From assembly GCA_007280335.1 (NCBI GenBank), contig QYQE01000045.1, positions 12,158 to 44,157 on the forward strand: a stretch of DNA of 32,000 nt. Reading direction: 5' to 3'. Each line of letters starts with the position of its first letter. Position 1 is the stretch's first letter. Origin of the DNA: Nitrosopumilales archaeon. GTDB lineage: Archaea > Thermoproteota > Nitrososphaeria > Nitrososphaerales > Nitrosopumilaceae. Below the pieces are notes generated by a model. The model ran no database searches and was not told the DNA's origin. It saw nothing but the letters and a program-made list of their open reading frames with translations. Made by a program: the position numbers and the translations under genes. This document shows positions 8,874-17,354 of this stretch, one piece after another.

Positions 8874-10205
8874 CTAACGAATTGACTCGGTTTCTTTGAA
8901 AGGAAGATGTACAGCTTCACCACTAATATCCCTCAGAGCGTCTACAAATGATTCGGGGAGTGTAGGATGAGCATGTATTGTTTCAAAGATGTCTTCAATC
9001 TTTAGTTGCATTTTAATTGCAAGTCCTGCTTCGCCAATTATTTCCCCTGCATGCGGAGCAACTACGTAGGCTCCAACTAGTATATCGTTTCTCTCAAACA
9101 CCTTGACAAAGCCTCTAGTATCTCCTAAACAATTAGCTTTAGCACTTGCTGTAAGGGGAAATTGTCCAGATCTACCTTCCAACTTTCCTACAAATGCCAC
9201 TTCTGGATATGTAAATACACATACAGGTATGGAGCTATATTCCATCTTACTTTCTATTCCCATTAAATTTTGAGCAGCTATCTCTCCTTGTTTTGAGGCA
9301 ACGTGTGCAAGCTCATACATACCAGTGATATCTCCAATTGCAAAGATATTCTGAACTGTAGTCAGCATTTTCTCGTTGACAAGAATTCCGGTTTCATTGA
9401 ATTTTACACCAACATTATTTAATTCATCCGCGTTTAAATTAGGTCGCCTTCCTACGCAAATGAGTATTTTTTCTGCTTCTATATTTTCACCATTTACAAG
9501 AACCATGTTTTTTTCGATTGTTTCTACCTTTGACTTTGTCATTACTTTGATACCGTCTAGTCTCATGTACTTCTCAATAGTATTTCCAATTTCTTCTAGA
9601 TTATTAGGCAATAGATGATTCTCTGCCTCAATCAAGGAAACCTTGCATCCTAATGCATTTAAAATAGAAGCAAATTCACAACCACTGAAACCTCCACCAA
9701 TTATAATGATTGACTTTGGCAGATCCTCTAATTCTAGCACTGTAGTAGTTGATAGTATATTTTTGTTAAAATCATAATCAGGTAAACAAATAGGATAGCT
9801 ACCAGTAGCAATAACAATATGTTTTGCCTCTATTGTTTTTTGATTAACAACTATTTTATTTTGTGAAACTATACGTGCTTCGCCTACAATCAAATCAATA
9901 TGGTTACTTTCAAGGAGTAGTTTTATCCCGGAAGCAAGTTTATCAACTGTATTTTTCATTCTTAATCTTAAGAGTTTATAATCTAATTCAACCTGTGCAT
10001 TTAACCCATTTTTTTTAGAAGCCATTACTCTTCTCATTATGTCTCCCAATGAGTGAAGAAATTTAGTAGGAATACAGCCACGTTGTGTACAAGTTCCTCC
10101 AAGACCATTCTTTTCAATTAAACATATTTTGCCACCAAGCTGTGTAGCTCTAATAGCACAAGTATAACCACCTGGACCACCTCCAATTATCACTGCGTCA
10201 TACAT
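8874..10205 (-). CDS. lpd: Dihydrolipoyl dehydrogenase (E3 / glycine cleavage L protein)
   Basis: 443 aa. FAD-binding GGGPGG, redox disulfide GGTCTQRGCIPTK (CxxxxC), NAD fold IIGGGFSGCE, C-terminal His-Glu dyad HAHPTLPE. Confidence 0.93.
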   Translation of the reverse strand: MYDAVIIGGGPGGYTCAIRATQLGGKICLIEKNGLGGTCTQRGCIPTKFLHSLGDIMRRVMASKKNGLNAQVELDYKLLRLRMKNTVDKLASGIKLLLESNHIDLIVGEARIVSQNKIVVNQKTIEAKHIVIATGSYPICLPDYDFNKNILSTTTVLELEDLPKSIIIIGGGFSGCEFASILNALGCKVSLIEAENHLLPNNLEEIGNTIEKYMRLDGIKVMTKSKVETIEKNMVLVNGENIEAEKILICVGRRPNLNADELNNVGVKFNETGILVNEKMLTTVQNIFAIGDITGMYELAHVASKQGEIAAQNLMGIESKMEYSSIPVCVFTYPEVAFVGKLEGRSGQFPLTASAKANCLGDTRGFVKVFERNDILVGAYVVAPHAGEIIGEAGLAIKMQLKIEDIFETIHAHPTLPESFVDALRDISGEAVHLPFKETESIR

Positions 10206-10244
10206 AGACTCGATTAAGAATTCATAGCAATAAATCTTAGCAAA

Positions 10245-10979
10245 TTACCTTCCAAAATTCCATTTGTCTGAAGAATATTTTTCTTTAGCTACTCTCTCAG
10301 TTTCAATTTCTTCTTTATTACTAAGTTTATCATCAATCAGTATTGCATGAAATTTTTCTCTAAATCCTTCTCTTAGAGCGATTACGACCTCCTCAAACGT
10401 CCTATCTAAGCCAAATACCCTTTGTCTTACATCAGTGATTAATTTGTCCCTCATCTTTTCGGGGGGAACTTTCAATACTGAAAACATTTTTTCAATATCT
10501 GTATTTAATAAAATGGTTCCATGTTGTAGCAGGATATTTTTCTTCCTTGTTTGAGCATTGCCGGAAACTTTCTTACCATTGACGACAATGTCATTCAGTG
10601 GAGAAAATTTTGCATTGAATCCAAATTTGTTAATAGCTATTATTATGGCATCACATATCAACTTGTAAGAATCAATTATGTTCTGCGGATATCTTTTTGT
10701 TATGAAAGAATAGGTTAATTCAGAATCATGTAAAACTGCTCCCCCACCTGTTATCCTCCTGACAACATCAATACCAAGGTTAGCACACTTTTTTACGTTG
10801 ACTTCCTCATTCAATCTCTGGAAATATCCAATTGATACAGCTGGAGGCTCCCATCCATAAAGTCTTAGAACTGGCACTTCAGTTGTACCTTTCATTAATA
10901 CTTCATCAAGTGCCATATTCCATGATGCGGTATTTTTACCAGTCTCCAAAACCCTGATCTTATTAAATTTGAAATTCAT
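10245..10979 (-). CDS. lplA: Lipoate-protein ligase A, catalytic (N-terminal) domain protein
   Basis: 244 aa. LRLYGWEPPAVSIGYFQ, RRITGGGAVLHD, KVSGNAQTRKKNILLQHGTILL (lipoyl/octanoyl-AMP-binding Lys motif). It lacks the C-terminal accessory domain, which is encoded by the adjacent gene. Confidence 0.9.
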   Translation of the reverse strand: MNFKFNKIRVLETGKNTASWNMALDEVLMKGTTEVPVLRLYGWEPPAVSIGYFQRLNEEVNVKKCANLGIDVVRRITGGGAVLHDSELTYSFITKRYPQNIIDSYKLICDAIIIAINKFGFNAKFSPLNDIVVNGKKVSGNAQTRKKNILLQHGTILLNTDIEKMFSVLKVPPEKMRDKLITDVRQRVFGLDRTFEEVVIALREGFREKFHAILIDDKLSNKEEIETERVAKEKYSSDKWNFGR

Positions 10980-10980
10980 T

Positions 10981-11259
10981 TCAATGAATCAAGCATCCAA
11001 GAATTGCTTTTGTCAATGACTCTGAATCGAAACCAAATGCCTGTGAATCATCTAGACTTTCTCGGATCTTTTGTATAAGGGAATTTTTCTCTAATTTTGT
11101 ATCAATTAGATTTGTTTCGAGTTTATCCAGACTATCTTCAGGATAAAGAAAAAAATCTCCAGTAATCTTTATAGAATGAATTGTGTTACTTATCTCATCA
11201 TATTCAAGGGCAATCTTGATTAATTTTTGTGACTTCAAAACATTATGTACTTTTCTCAT
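10981..11259 (-). CDS. lplB: Lipoate-protein ligase accessory (C-terminal) domain protein, LplB-like
   Basis: 92 aa, 1 nt upstream of lplA. GDFFLYPED resembles the LplA C-terminal domain. The arrangement matches the bipartite LplA/LplB of Thermoplasma acidophilum. Confidence 0.72.
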   Translation of the reverse strand: MRKVHNVLKSQKLIKIALEYDEISNTIHSIKITGDFFLYPEDSLDKLETNLIDTKLEKNSLIQKIRESLDDSQAFGFDSESLTKAILGCLIH

Positions 11260-11272
11260 AGGAATTCAGTTT

Positions 11273-12715
11273 TTAAATTTGTAAATTTTCATTATCATGA
11301 TTTTTTTGGGGATGAATCCATTTTAGATTTGGTTTTCTTGCAGCTGTCACCTCATCTAATCTGCCAATAGGTGTTGTATATGGAGCTCCTCTGACCAGTT
11401 CAGGGTTTTCTTTTATCTCATCAGAAATGACTCTTAATGTTAATGCAAATTTATCTAATGTTTCTTTACTTTCTGTCTCCGTTGGCTCAATCATTAATGC
11501 TTCATTAACAATAAGTGGGAAGTAAACAGTTGGTGGATGAAAACCATAATCCATAAGTCTCTTTGCAATATTCAGTGCACTCTTTTCACCAAATTTTTTT
11601 GAAGATATAACGAATTCATGAGCACATGTTCGATCATAAGGAAGCTCGTAAACATCCTTTAAGAGAGTAAGAAGATAATTGGCGTTCAAGACTGCATACT
11701 CTGATACTTTTCTGATATTGGTTCCCCAAGCCAAGATATACGAATATGCCCTAACAAGCATACCGAAATTCCCATAAAAGGATCGAATTCTTCCAACTGA
11801 CTTTCCCTTTGTATTATTTAGGATATACTTACTTTCTTGTTTAACTACTCTAGGTGTGGGTAAATAATCAGACAAAAATGACTTTACTCCCAGCACTCCA
11901 GCCCCAGGGCCACCTCCACCATGTGGAGTTGAAAAGCTCTTGTGCAAGTTCAAATGAATCATATCAAAGCCCTGATCACCAGGTCTAGTTATTCCAAATA
12001 ATGCATTCATATTGGCACCGTCACAATAGGTCAAAGTTCCGTTCTTATGAGCAAGATCACAAATATCCAGAATATTTTCTTCAAAGAGTCCAAGAGTGTT
12101 AGGGTTTGTTAACATTACAACTGCAACATCGGAGGAAAGTGATTGTTTGAATTTTTGTAGATCCATATTACCTCGTGAATCTGAAGGAATTACAATAGTA
12201 TCATGCTTACACATTGCTGCTGTTGCAGGATTTGTTCCATGTGCAGAATCAGGTATTATTGCCTTCGTTCTTTTTTCATTCCTTTCCTTAAAGTAAGCCT
12301 TTGATATCATTATTCCCAAAAGTTCACCTTGTGCTCCTGCTGCTGGTTGCAAGGAAAATACATCCATACCCGTTATCTCCTTTAATTGCTGCTCAAGCTC
12401 CCACATTAATTGAAGTGATCCTTGGATACAATCCATAGGAGAAAAAGGATGAAGATCCCGAAAACCTTCTAACCTGGCCACATCCTCGTTTATCTTTGGA
12501 TTGTACTTCATAGTACAAGAACCTAATGGATAAAATCCAACGTCAACTCCAAAGTTCTTTTTTGATAAATTAGTGTAATGTCTAATAACATCAATCTCGC
12601 TAACATTTGGAAGAGGTAAATTCGTTCTAGTAAGATCCTTTGGTAATGTTATGGAAATATCTTCATCAGATAGGTGACCTGAATTTTGTTCATCATACTC
12701 AAATATCAACTTCAT
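11273..12715 (-). CDS. gcvPB: Glycine dehydrogenase (decarboxylating) subunit 2 (P protein beta)
   Basis: 480 aa. PLGSCTMKYNP and a PLP-lysine region NLHKSFSTPHGGGGPG. ATGA overlap with gcvPA at 12712-12715. Confidence 0.95.
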   Translation of the reverse strand: MKLIFEYDEQNSGHLSDEDISITLPKDLTRTNLPLPNVSEIDVIRHYTNLSKKNFGVDVGFYPLGSCTMKYNPKINEDVARLEGFRDLHPFSPMDCIQGSLQLMWELEQQLKEITGMDVFSLQPAAGAQGELLGIMISKAYFKERNEKRTKAIIPDSAHGTNPATAAMCKHDTIVIPSDSRGNMDLQKFKQSLSSDVAVVMLTNPNTLGLFEENILDICDLAHKNGTLTYCDGANMNALFGITRPGDQGFDMIHLNLHKSFSTPHGGGGPGAGVLGVKSFLSDYLPTPRVVKQESKYILNNTKGKSVGRIRSFYGNFGMLVRAYSYILAWGTNIRKVSEYAVLNANYLLTLLKDVYELPYDRTCAHEFVISSKKFGEKSALNIAKRLMDYGFHPPTVYFPLIVNEALMIEPTETESKETLDKFALTLRVISDEIKENPELVRGAPYTTPIGRLDEVTAARKPNLKWIHPQKNHDNENLQI

Positions 12716-13974
12716 AATGTTTCCCCTATTATTGATACATAGGACTCAATATCCTGAATCGTATTTGTTTCAGTGCAACAAATTAGTATTTTATCATCTC
12801 CTAATTCTAGACCACCAAGTATTCCTTTTTCACTTAGAATTGAAATAATTTCATCAGAAGGTTTTGGTGCCCTTAAAAGGAATTCATTGTAGAATGGTTT
12901 TTTGTTTAAAGGTTCAAAACCAATATTCTTCAATTTATCATGTAACAAATGTGCCCTACTGTAAGAAAGTTTTGCTGCAGTGGTAAGCCCACTTCTTCCC
13001 ATGAGTGCCAAATAAATAGTTGCAGCAAGAGCCATCAATCCTTGGTTTGTTGTTATATTGCTAGTAGCCCTTTCTCTTCTTATGTGTTGTTCACGCGCTT
13101 GAAATGTTAGGACAAATCCTTCATTTCCTTTAGAATCTGTGGTCATACCGCAAATTCTACCAGGAATTTTCTTGAGCAAAAAATCCTTAACAGCTATGAA
13201 TCCTAGATATGGGCCTCCAAAACTTATTGGAATACCAAATGATTGACCCTCTCCAACAACTATGTCTGTACCATAACTTGCTGGAGCTTTTAGCAATGCT
13301 AGAGACGTAGGTTCAACAACACAAGTAATAAACAATGCTCCAACTTTATGTGCACGTTCTGATAGTTCCCATGGATTCTCTATATTTCCATAGAAATCAG
13401 GATTCTGCGTTATTACACATGCTGTCTTATCATCAATTTCATTTGTTAACTCAAGATCAGCTCCATCACAATATGTCTTTAAGACTTCAGAATATTGAGG
13501 ATGTAAACCTTCCTGAACAAAAACACGTTTCCGTCCATTATGTGATGAAGAAAGTAAAGCTGCTTCTGACAAGGCAGATGCACCATCATATAATGATGCA
13601 TTTGCAACATCCATTCCAGTAAGTAAACATATGAAAGATTGAAATTCATATATTGCTTGGAGAGTGCCTTGATTCATTTCCGCTTGGTAAGGAGTATATC
13701 CTGTAGAAAACTCTCCCCTCATAAGCAAATGATTCACTGCAGAAGGAATGTAATGGTTGTAAGAGCCAGCTCCCACAAAGTATTTTAAAATTATATTTTT
13801 TTTGGCTAAATCTTGCATATGCCGCATTATCTCAAATTCACTCTTTGGTATAGAAAGATTCAATTTTCTTTTGAGGGCTGGCTTGAATTCCTTAACTAAC
13901 TCATCTATTGAGCTTATTCCGATTCGTTTTAACATTTCATTTCTTTCTATGTCAGTAATAGGTATGTAATCCAT
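12712..13974 (-). CDS. gcvPA: Glycine dehydrogenase (decarboxylating) subunit 1 (P protein alpha)
   Basis: 420 aa. FxGAGSYNHYIP, TPYQAEMNQGTLQAIYEFQ. Typical split P protein gene order. Confidence 0.95.
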   Translation of the reverse strand: MDYIPITDIERNEMLKRIGISSIDELVKEFKPALKRKLNLSIPKSEFEIMRHMQDLAKKNIILKYFVGAGSYNHYIPSAVNHLLMRGEFSTGYTPYQAEMNQGTLQAIYEFQSFICLLTGMDVANASLYDGASALSEAALLSSSHNGRKRVFVQEGLHPQYSEVLKTYCDGADLELTNEIDDKTACVITQNPDFYGNIENPWELSERAHKVGALFITCVVEPTSLALLKAPASYGTDIVVGEGQSFGIPISFGGPYLGFIAVKDFLLKKIPGRICGMTTDSKGNEGFVLTFQAREQHIRRERATSNITTNQGLMALAATIYLALMGRSGLTTAAKLSYSRAHLLHDKLKNIGFEPLNKKPFYNEFLLRAPKPSDEIISILSEKGILGGLELGDDKILICCTETNTIQDIESYVSIIGETL

Positions 13975-13984
13975 AACCAGTCAC

Positions 13985-14386
13985 CTATTTTATTTTCCCA
14001 ACGAAATTATCATATTCTGCTTTAGTCATTAAATTTTCAAATTCATTGATATTAGACGGTTTTATTTTTACCATCCACCCTAATTCATATGAGGATTGGT
14101 TTAGCCATTCAGGGTGCTCGAGTAAATCTTCATTGATTTCAACAACCTTTCCACTTATTGGACAGTAAATATCGGAAGAAGCTTTTATTGAATCAACTAT
14201 CGCCATTTCTTGCATCTGTTTATATTCATTACCAATTTTTGGTAATTCTATTGAAACTATATCTCCAAGTTGTTTCTGTGCAAAATCTGAAATTCCTATT
14301 ACTGCGAGTCCTTCCCTTATTGTCACCCATTCGTGTTCTTTGGAAAACCTAAACTCTTCTGCCACAACGGGTTTGTCATTTTCCAC
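13985..14386 (-). CDS. gcvH: Glycine cleavage system H protein (lipoyl carrier)
   Basis: 133 aa. KEHEWV and the lipoyl-lysine motif VDSIKASSDIYCPISGKV. The start codon at 14386 is GTG, and there is no in-frame ATG before the lipoyl domain. Confidence 0.93.
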   Translation of the reverse strand: MENDKPVVAEEFRFSKEHEWVTIREGLAVIGISDFAQKQLGDIVSIELPKIGNEYKQMQEMAIVDSIKASSDIYCPISGKVVEINEDLLEHPEWLNQSSYELGWMVKIKPSNINEFENLMTKAEYDNFVGKIK

Positions 14387-14395
14387 TATAAAACC

Positions 14396-15460
14396 CTAAT
14401 TTCGTTTATAAAATCTAGTACTACAAACTCTTGCCTTATACAGTTTACCTTCAATATCGATCTCAATTAATTGATTTAGCTCTACTTGCAAAGGTACAAA
14501 ACAAAAACCAATTGATTTCTTAAGAGTTGGAGAAAAGCTACCACTAGTTACAAAACCCGCCTTTGAACCATCTACTAGAACTTCATTACCATGTCTAGCT
14601 ATTCTTCTTTCCAGCACCTCAAATCCTACTAGTTTACGATTTACTTTTCCATTCAATAGTGCCATCTTACCAATGAATTCCTTTTCGAGCTTTACGGTCC
14701 ACTTTAGTGGTACCTCAAGAGGAGTTGTATTTTCATCCATATCATTTCCATAAAGCATAAGACCTGCTTCCAGTCTGAGTGTGTCTCTGCAACCCAGACC
14801 TGATGGTTTAATATTGAATCTAGATGCTGATTGCATAATCTTATTCCAAATCTCTACCCTTGAAGAATCAAAAAATATTTCAAAACCATCTTCCCCCGTA
14901 TATCCTGTTCTTGAAATCATGCAATCCGTTTGAAAGATGTCTCCAGAAATAAGATCAAATGGTCTTAATAGTTCTAAATTAGATTCACTTATTTCTTGCA
15001 TAGCATTACGTGCAAGTGGACCTTGAATAGCAAGTAAGGCAATCTCATCACTAACATTTTCGATCTTAGATGACTGTGAATGCTGAATTACCCATTGGAA
15101 ATCCTTCTCTCTATTTGATGCGTTAACTACAAGAAGGAAATCTTCTTTATTAATTCTATAAACTATCACATCATCAACAATGCCTCCACTTTCATAACAC
15201 ATAGGAGAATACAGGCCATGACCATCATTTAGTTTTGAGATATCATTGGTAACTAAATTTTGTATAGCATCATAAGCATTGGGGCCTTTGATTTTAAACC
15301 TACCCATATGTGAAACATCAAACAATCCGACATTTTTTCTAACATTGGCATGCTCATCAATTATTCCTGAATATTGCAAAGGCATCTCCCATCCGTGAAA
15401 ATCAACTATCTTTGCATTAAGTGATTTATGAATTTCATAAAAAGGAGTTCTCATTGGCAT
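14396..15460 (-). CDS. gcvT: Aminomethyltransferase (glycine cleavage T protein)
   Basis: 354 aa. TPFYEIH...FHGWEMPLQY, GLFDVSHMGRF, TGYTGEDGFE. ATG start at 15460. Confidence 0.95.
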   Translation of the reverse strand: MPMRTPFYEIHKSLNAKIVDFHGWEMPLQYSGIIDEHANVRKNVGLFDVSHMGRFKIKGPNAYDAIQNLVTNDISKLNDGHGLYSPMCYESGGIVDDVIVYRINKEDFLLVVNASNREKDFQWVIQHSQSSKIENVSDEIALLAIQGPLARNAMQEISESNLELLRPFDLISGDIFQTDCMISRTGYTGEDGFEIFFDSSRVEIWNKIMQSASRFNIKPSGLGCRDTLRLEAGLMLYGNDMDENTTPLEVPLKWTVKLEKEFIGKMALLNGKVNRKLVGFEVLERRIARHGNEVLVDGSKAGFVTSGSFSPTLKKSIGFCFVPLQVELNQLIEIDIEGKLYKARVCSTRFYKRN

Positions 15461-15483
15461 TTACTGTAATAGTACCTGAACTC

Positions 15484-15493
15484 TTATTATTAT
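15484..15493. promoter_or_regulatory. Single central TATA-like box (TTATTATTAT) shared by divergent gcvT and lipA
   Basis: The 53-bp spacer 15461-15513 has only this AT-only element. Its centre is about 28 nt from the gcvT ATG (15460) and about 26 nt from the lipA ATG (15514). That matches the archaeal TATA-to-TSS distance if both mRNAs are leaderless. Confidence 0.45.
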
Positions 15494-15513
15494 GTGTGAT
15501 AATCTCTCAAGGG

Positions 15514-16401
15514 ATGGAATTAATTAGAAAACCTACATGGCTTAGAGTAAAAATACCGTCTGGCGAAAATTATGTAAAAGTGAAACAAACACTTGGATTA
15601 GAATATCTTCATACAGTTTGTGAAGAAGCAAAATGTCCTAACATAGCAGAGTGTTGGGGATCTGGAACAGCTACTATTATGATATTGGGTGACATATGTA
15701 CAAGGGGATGTAGATTTTGTGCAGTTACAAGTGGTAAACCTGTATTTCTTGATCCGGAGGAACCTAATAGAGTTGCCAAAGCAATCAAATCATGGGGATT
15801 AAGATATGTAGTAATTACTGCTGTTTGTAGGGATGACTTGCCAGATGGAGGAGCAGATCATATGGCAAAGACGATAAAAGCTGTAAAATTGGAATGCCCA
15901 CAAACAATAGTAGAGTCATTAATTCCTGATTTTAGAGGATTTGATGATTCAATAAGTAAAATAATTGATTCACAGCCAGACGTTATAAGTCATAACATAG
16001 AGACTGTAAAAAGACTGACTCCCAAAATTAGAGATGCGCGAGCATCTTACGAACAAACATTACACATTCTTAAAAGAGTAAAAGAAATTGATTCAAGAAT
16101 TTACACGAAATCTTCAATAATGCTAGGCCTTGGAGAGAATGAGGAAGAAGTTTTTCAGACAATAAAAGATCTGAGATCAGTTGGGGTTGATATATTGACC
16201 ATGGGGCAATATCTTCAACCTACTCAGAAGCATTTGCCAGTTGTAGAATACTTGCCACCACAAAAATTCTATGATTATGAGATGAATGCAACACAAATGG
16301 GTTTTCTCTATGTGGCATCTGGTCCACTCGTCAGAAGTTCTTATAGAGCTGCAGAATTCTTTCTTGAAAATGCAATACTACGAAATAACGATATTAGATA
16401 A
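15514..16401 (+). CDS. lipA: Lipoyl synthase (radical SAM)
   Basis: Auxiliary cluster motif CEEAKCPNIAEC and radical-SAM CTRGCRFC. The ORF-track start at 15421 would overlap gcvT. The ATG at 15514 (MELIRKPTWLRVKIP) matches the usual LipA N-terminus. Confidence 0.93.
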   Translation: MELIRKPTWLRVKIPSGENYVKVKQTLGLEYLHTVCEEAKCPNIAECWGSGTATIMILGDICTRGCRFCAVTSGKPVFLDPEEPNRVAKAIKSWGLRYVVITAVCRDDLPDGGADHMAKTIKAVKLECPQTIVESLIPDFRGFDDSISKIIDSQPDVISHNIETVKRLTPKIRDARASYEQTLHILKRVKEIDSRIYTKSSIMLGLGENEEEVFQTIKDLRSVGVDILTMGQYLQPTQKHLPVVEYLPPQKFYDYEMNATQMGFLYVASGPLVRSSYRAAEFFLENAILRNNDIR

Positions 16402-16486
16402 AATACAAAAAGATCTGCCTTGAACTCCAAAAGAAATTTAATTTAACAACAATTCATCATATCAATTTTTTACAAGATAAATTTTA

Positions 16487-17353
16487 TTACAATAGATTAT
16501 AGTTTTTAGCTTTTCCAGCTAGTGCCTTTGCTTGCGCGTGAGCCTTTTGTATTACTTGATCCTTTGTCTCCTCTGTTAGAATTCCTGCTTCTAATGCAAT
16601 AGATCTTGCCTGTTGAGCTGCCCTTGCAAGTATTGCTGATACATTTTCTTTGGTGATGTAACCAATTTCGATAGCAAGAGACATGGCTTCTTGGTGTGCC
16701 TGTGCAAATGCATCACGATACTTTTCTACATCAATTACTAGTTCGTTCTTTGCATATAGGATGTCTTCTGCAACAGCTGCATCAAGTATTATGCCTGCTT
16801 CTACCGGTTTAACATCAAGCTTACTTAGTAATGTAGCAAGCTTTTCAGAAATAACCGCACCCTTTTTAGCAGGAATAGAATCCTTTGTTATCCAAATTGT
16901 TCCTTGATCAATTTTTGTAGCTACGCCAGCTTCTTTAAAGTCAGTAAGAATGGGACCTGGTGTGATGCCAGTATTTCCTGCCTTGATTACAACATCTATG
17001 CTTGCAATGTCTCCGCCACGAGCAGCCATCATTACCTTGTTTTTACCAAGTAAGATGTTTAGTTTGAAAGGAGTCATGTTTGTGAACATCAATACACACT
17101 GGCCAACTAGCTTGTCTATCATCTTGTCAATAGAAGGCATTTTCAACCCAGCTAATGCTTTTTGTGCAACTTTGTCTTTTATGCTAACGATTTCTACTTC
17201 GCCTTTGAATTTTTTTCTTAAAGGCAATAATTGCGATGATCTTACTTTTTCCATTCTGACAAGAGCAACTACATTGTATTTTTTTGGAAGCTCTTGGAGT
17301 TGTTGATACATCAACGATTTCTTTTGTGGATATTTTGTTCTATTTTGGTGCAT
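16487..17353 (-). CDS. rplP0: Ribosomal stalk protein P0 (uL10)
   Basis: 288 aa. The N-terminus is P0-like (YPQKKSLMYQQLQELPKKYNVVALVRMEKVRSSQL). The C-terminus has three helical repeats (AQAHQEAMSLAIEIGYIT / ARAAQQARSIALEAGILT / QKAHAQAKALAGKA), which would be P1-dimer binding sites. The gene lies 1 nt after the L1 stop. Confidence 0.9.
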   Translation of the reverse strand: MHQNRTKYPQKKSLMYQQLQELPKKYNVVALVRMEKVRSSQLLPLRKKFKGEVEIVSIKDKVAQKALAGLKMPSIDKMIDKLVGQCVLMFTNMTPFKLNILLGKNKVMMAARGGDIASIDVVIKAGNTGITPGPILTDFKEAGVATKIDQGTIWITKDSIPAKKGAVISEKLATLLSKLDVKPVEAGIILDAAVAEDILYAKNELVIDVEKYRDAFAQAHQEAMSLAIEIGYITKENVSAILARAAQQARSIALEAGILTEETKDQVIQKAHAQAKALAGKAKNYNLL

Positions 17354-17354
17354 T

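Noticed and set aside
15461-15513. Glycine riboswitch upstream of gcvT
   Set aside because: The spacer is only 53 bp and AT-rich, with no room for tandem aptamers. Glycine riboswitches are a bacterial feature.
16454-16460. Possible C/D-box sRNA: ATGATGA (C box) on the minus strand in the lipA/P0 convergent gap
   Set aside because: No CTGA D box (tcag on the plus strand) within the next ~60 nt on that strand, and no terminal stem. A 7-mer match in AT-rich DNA is expected by chance.
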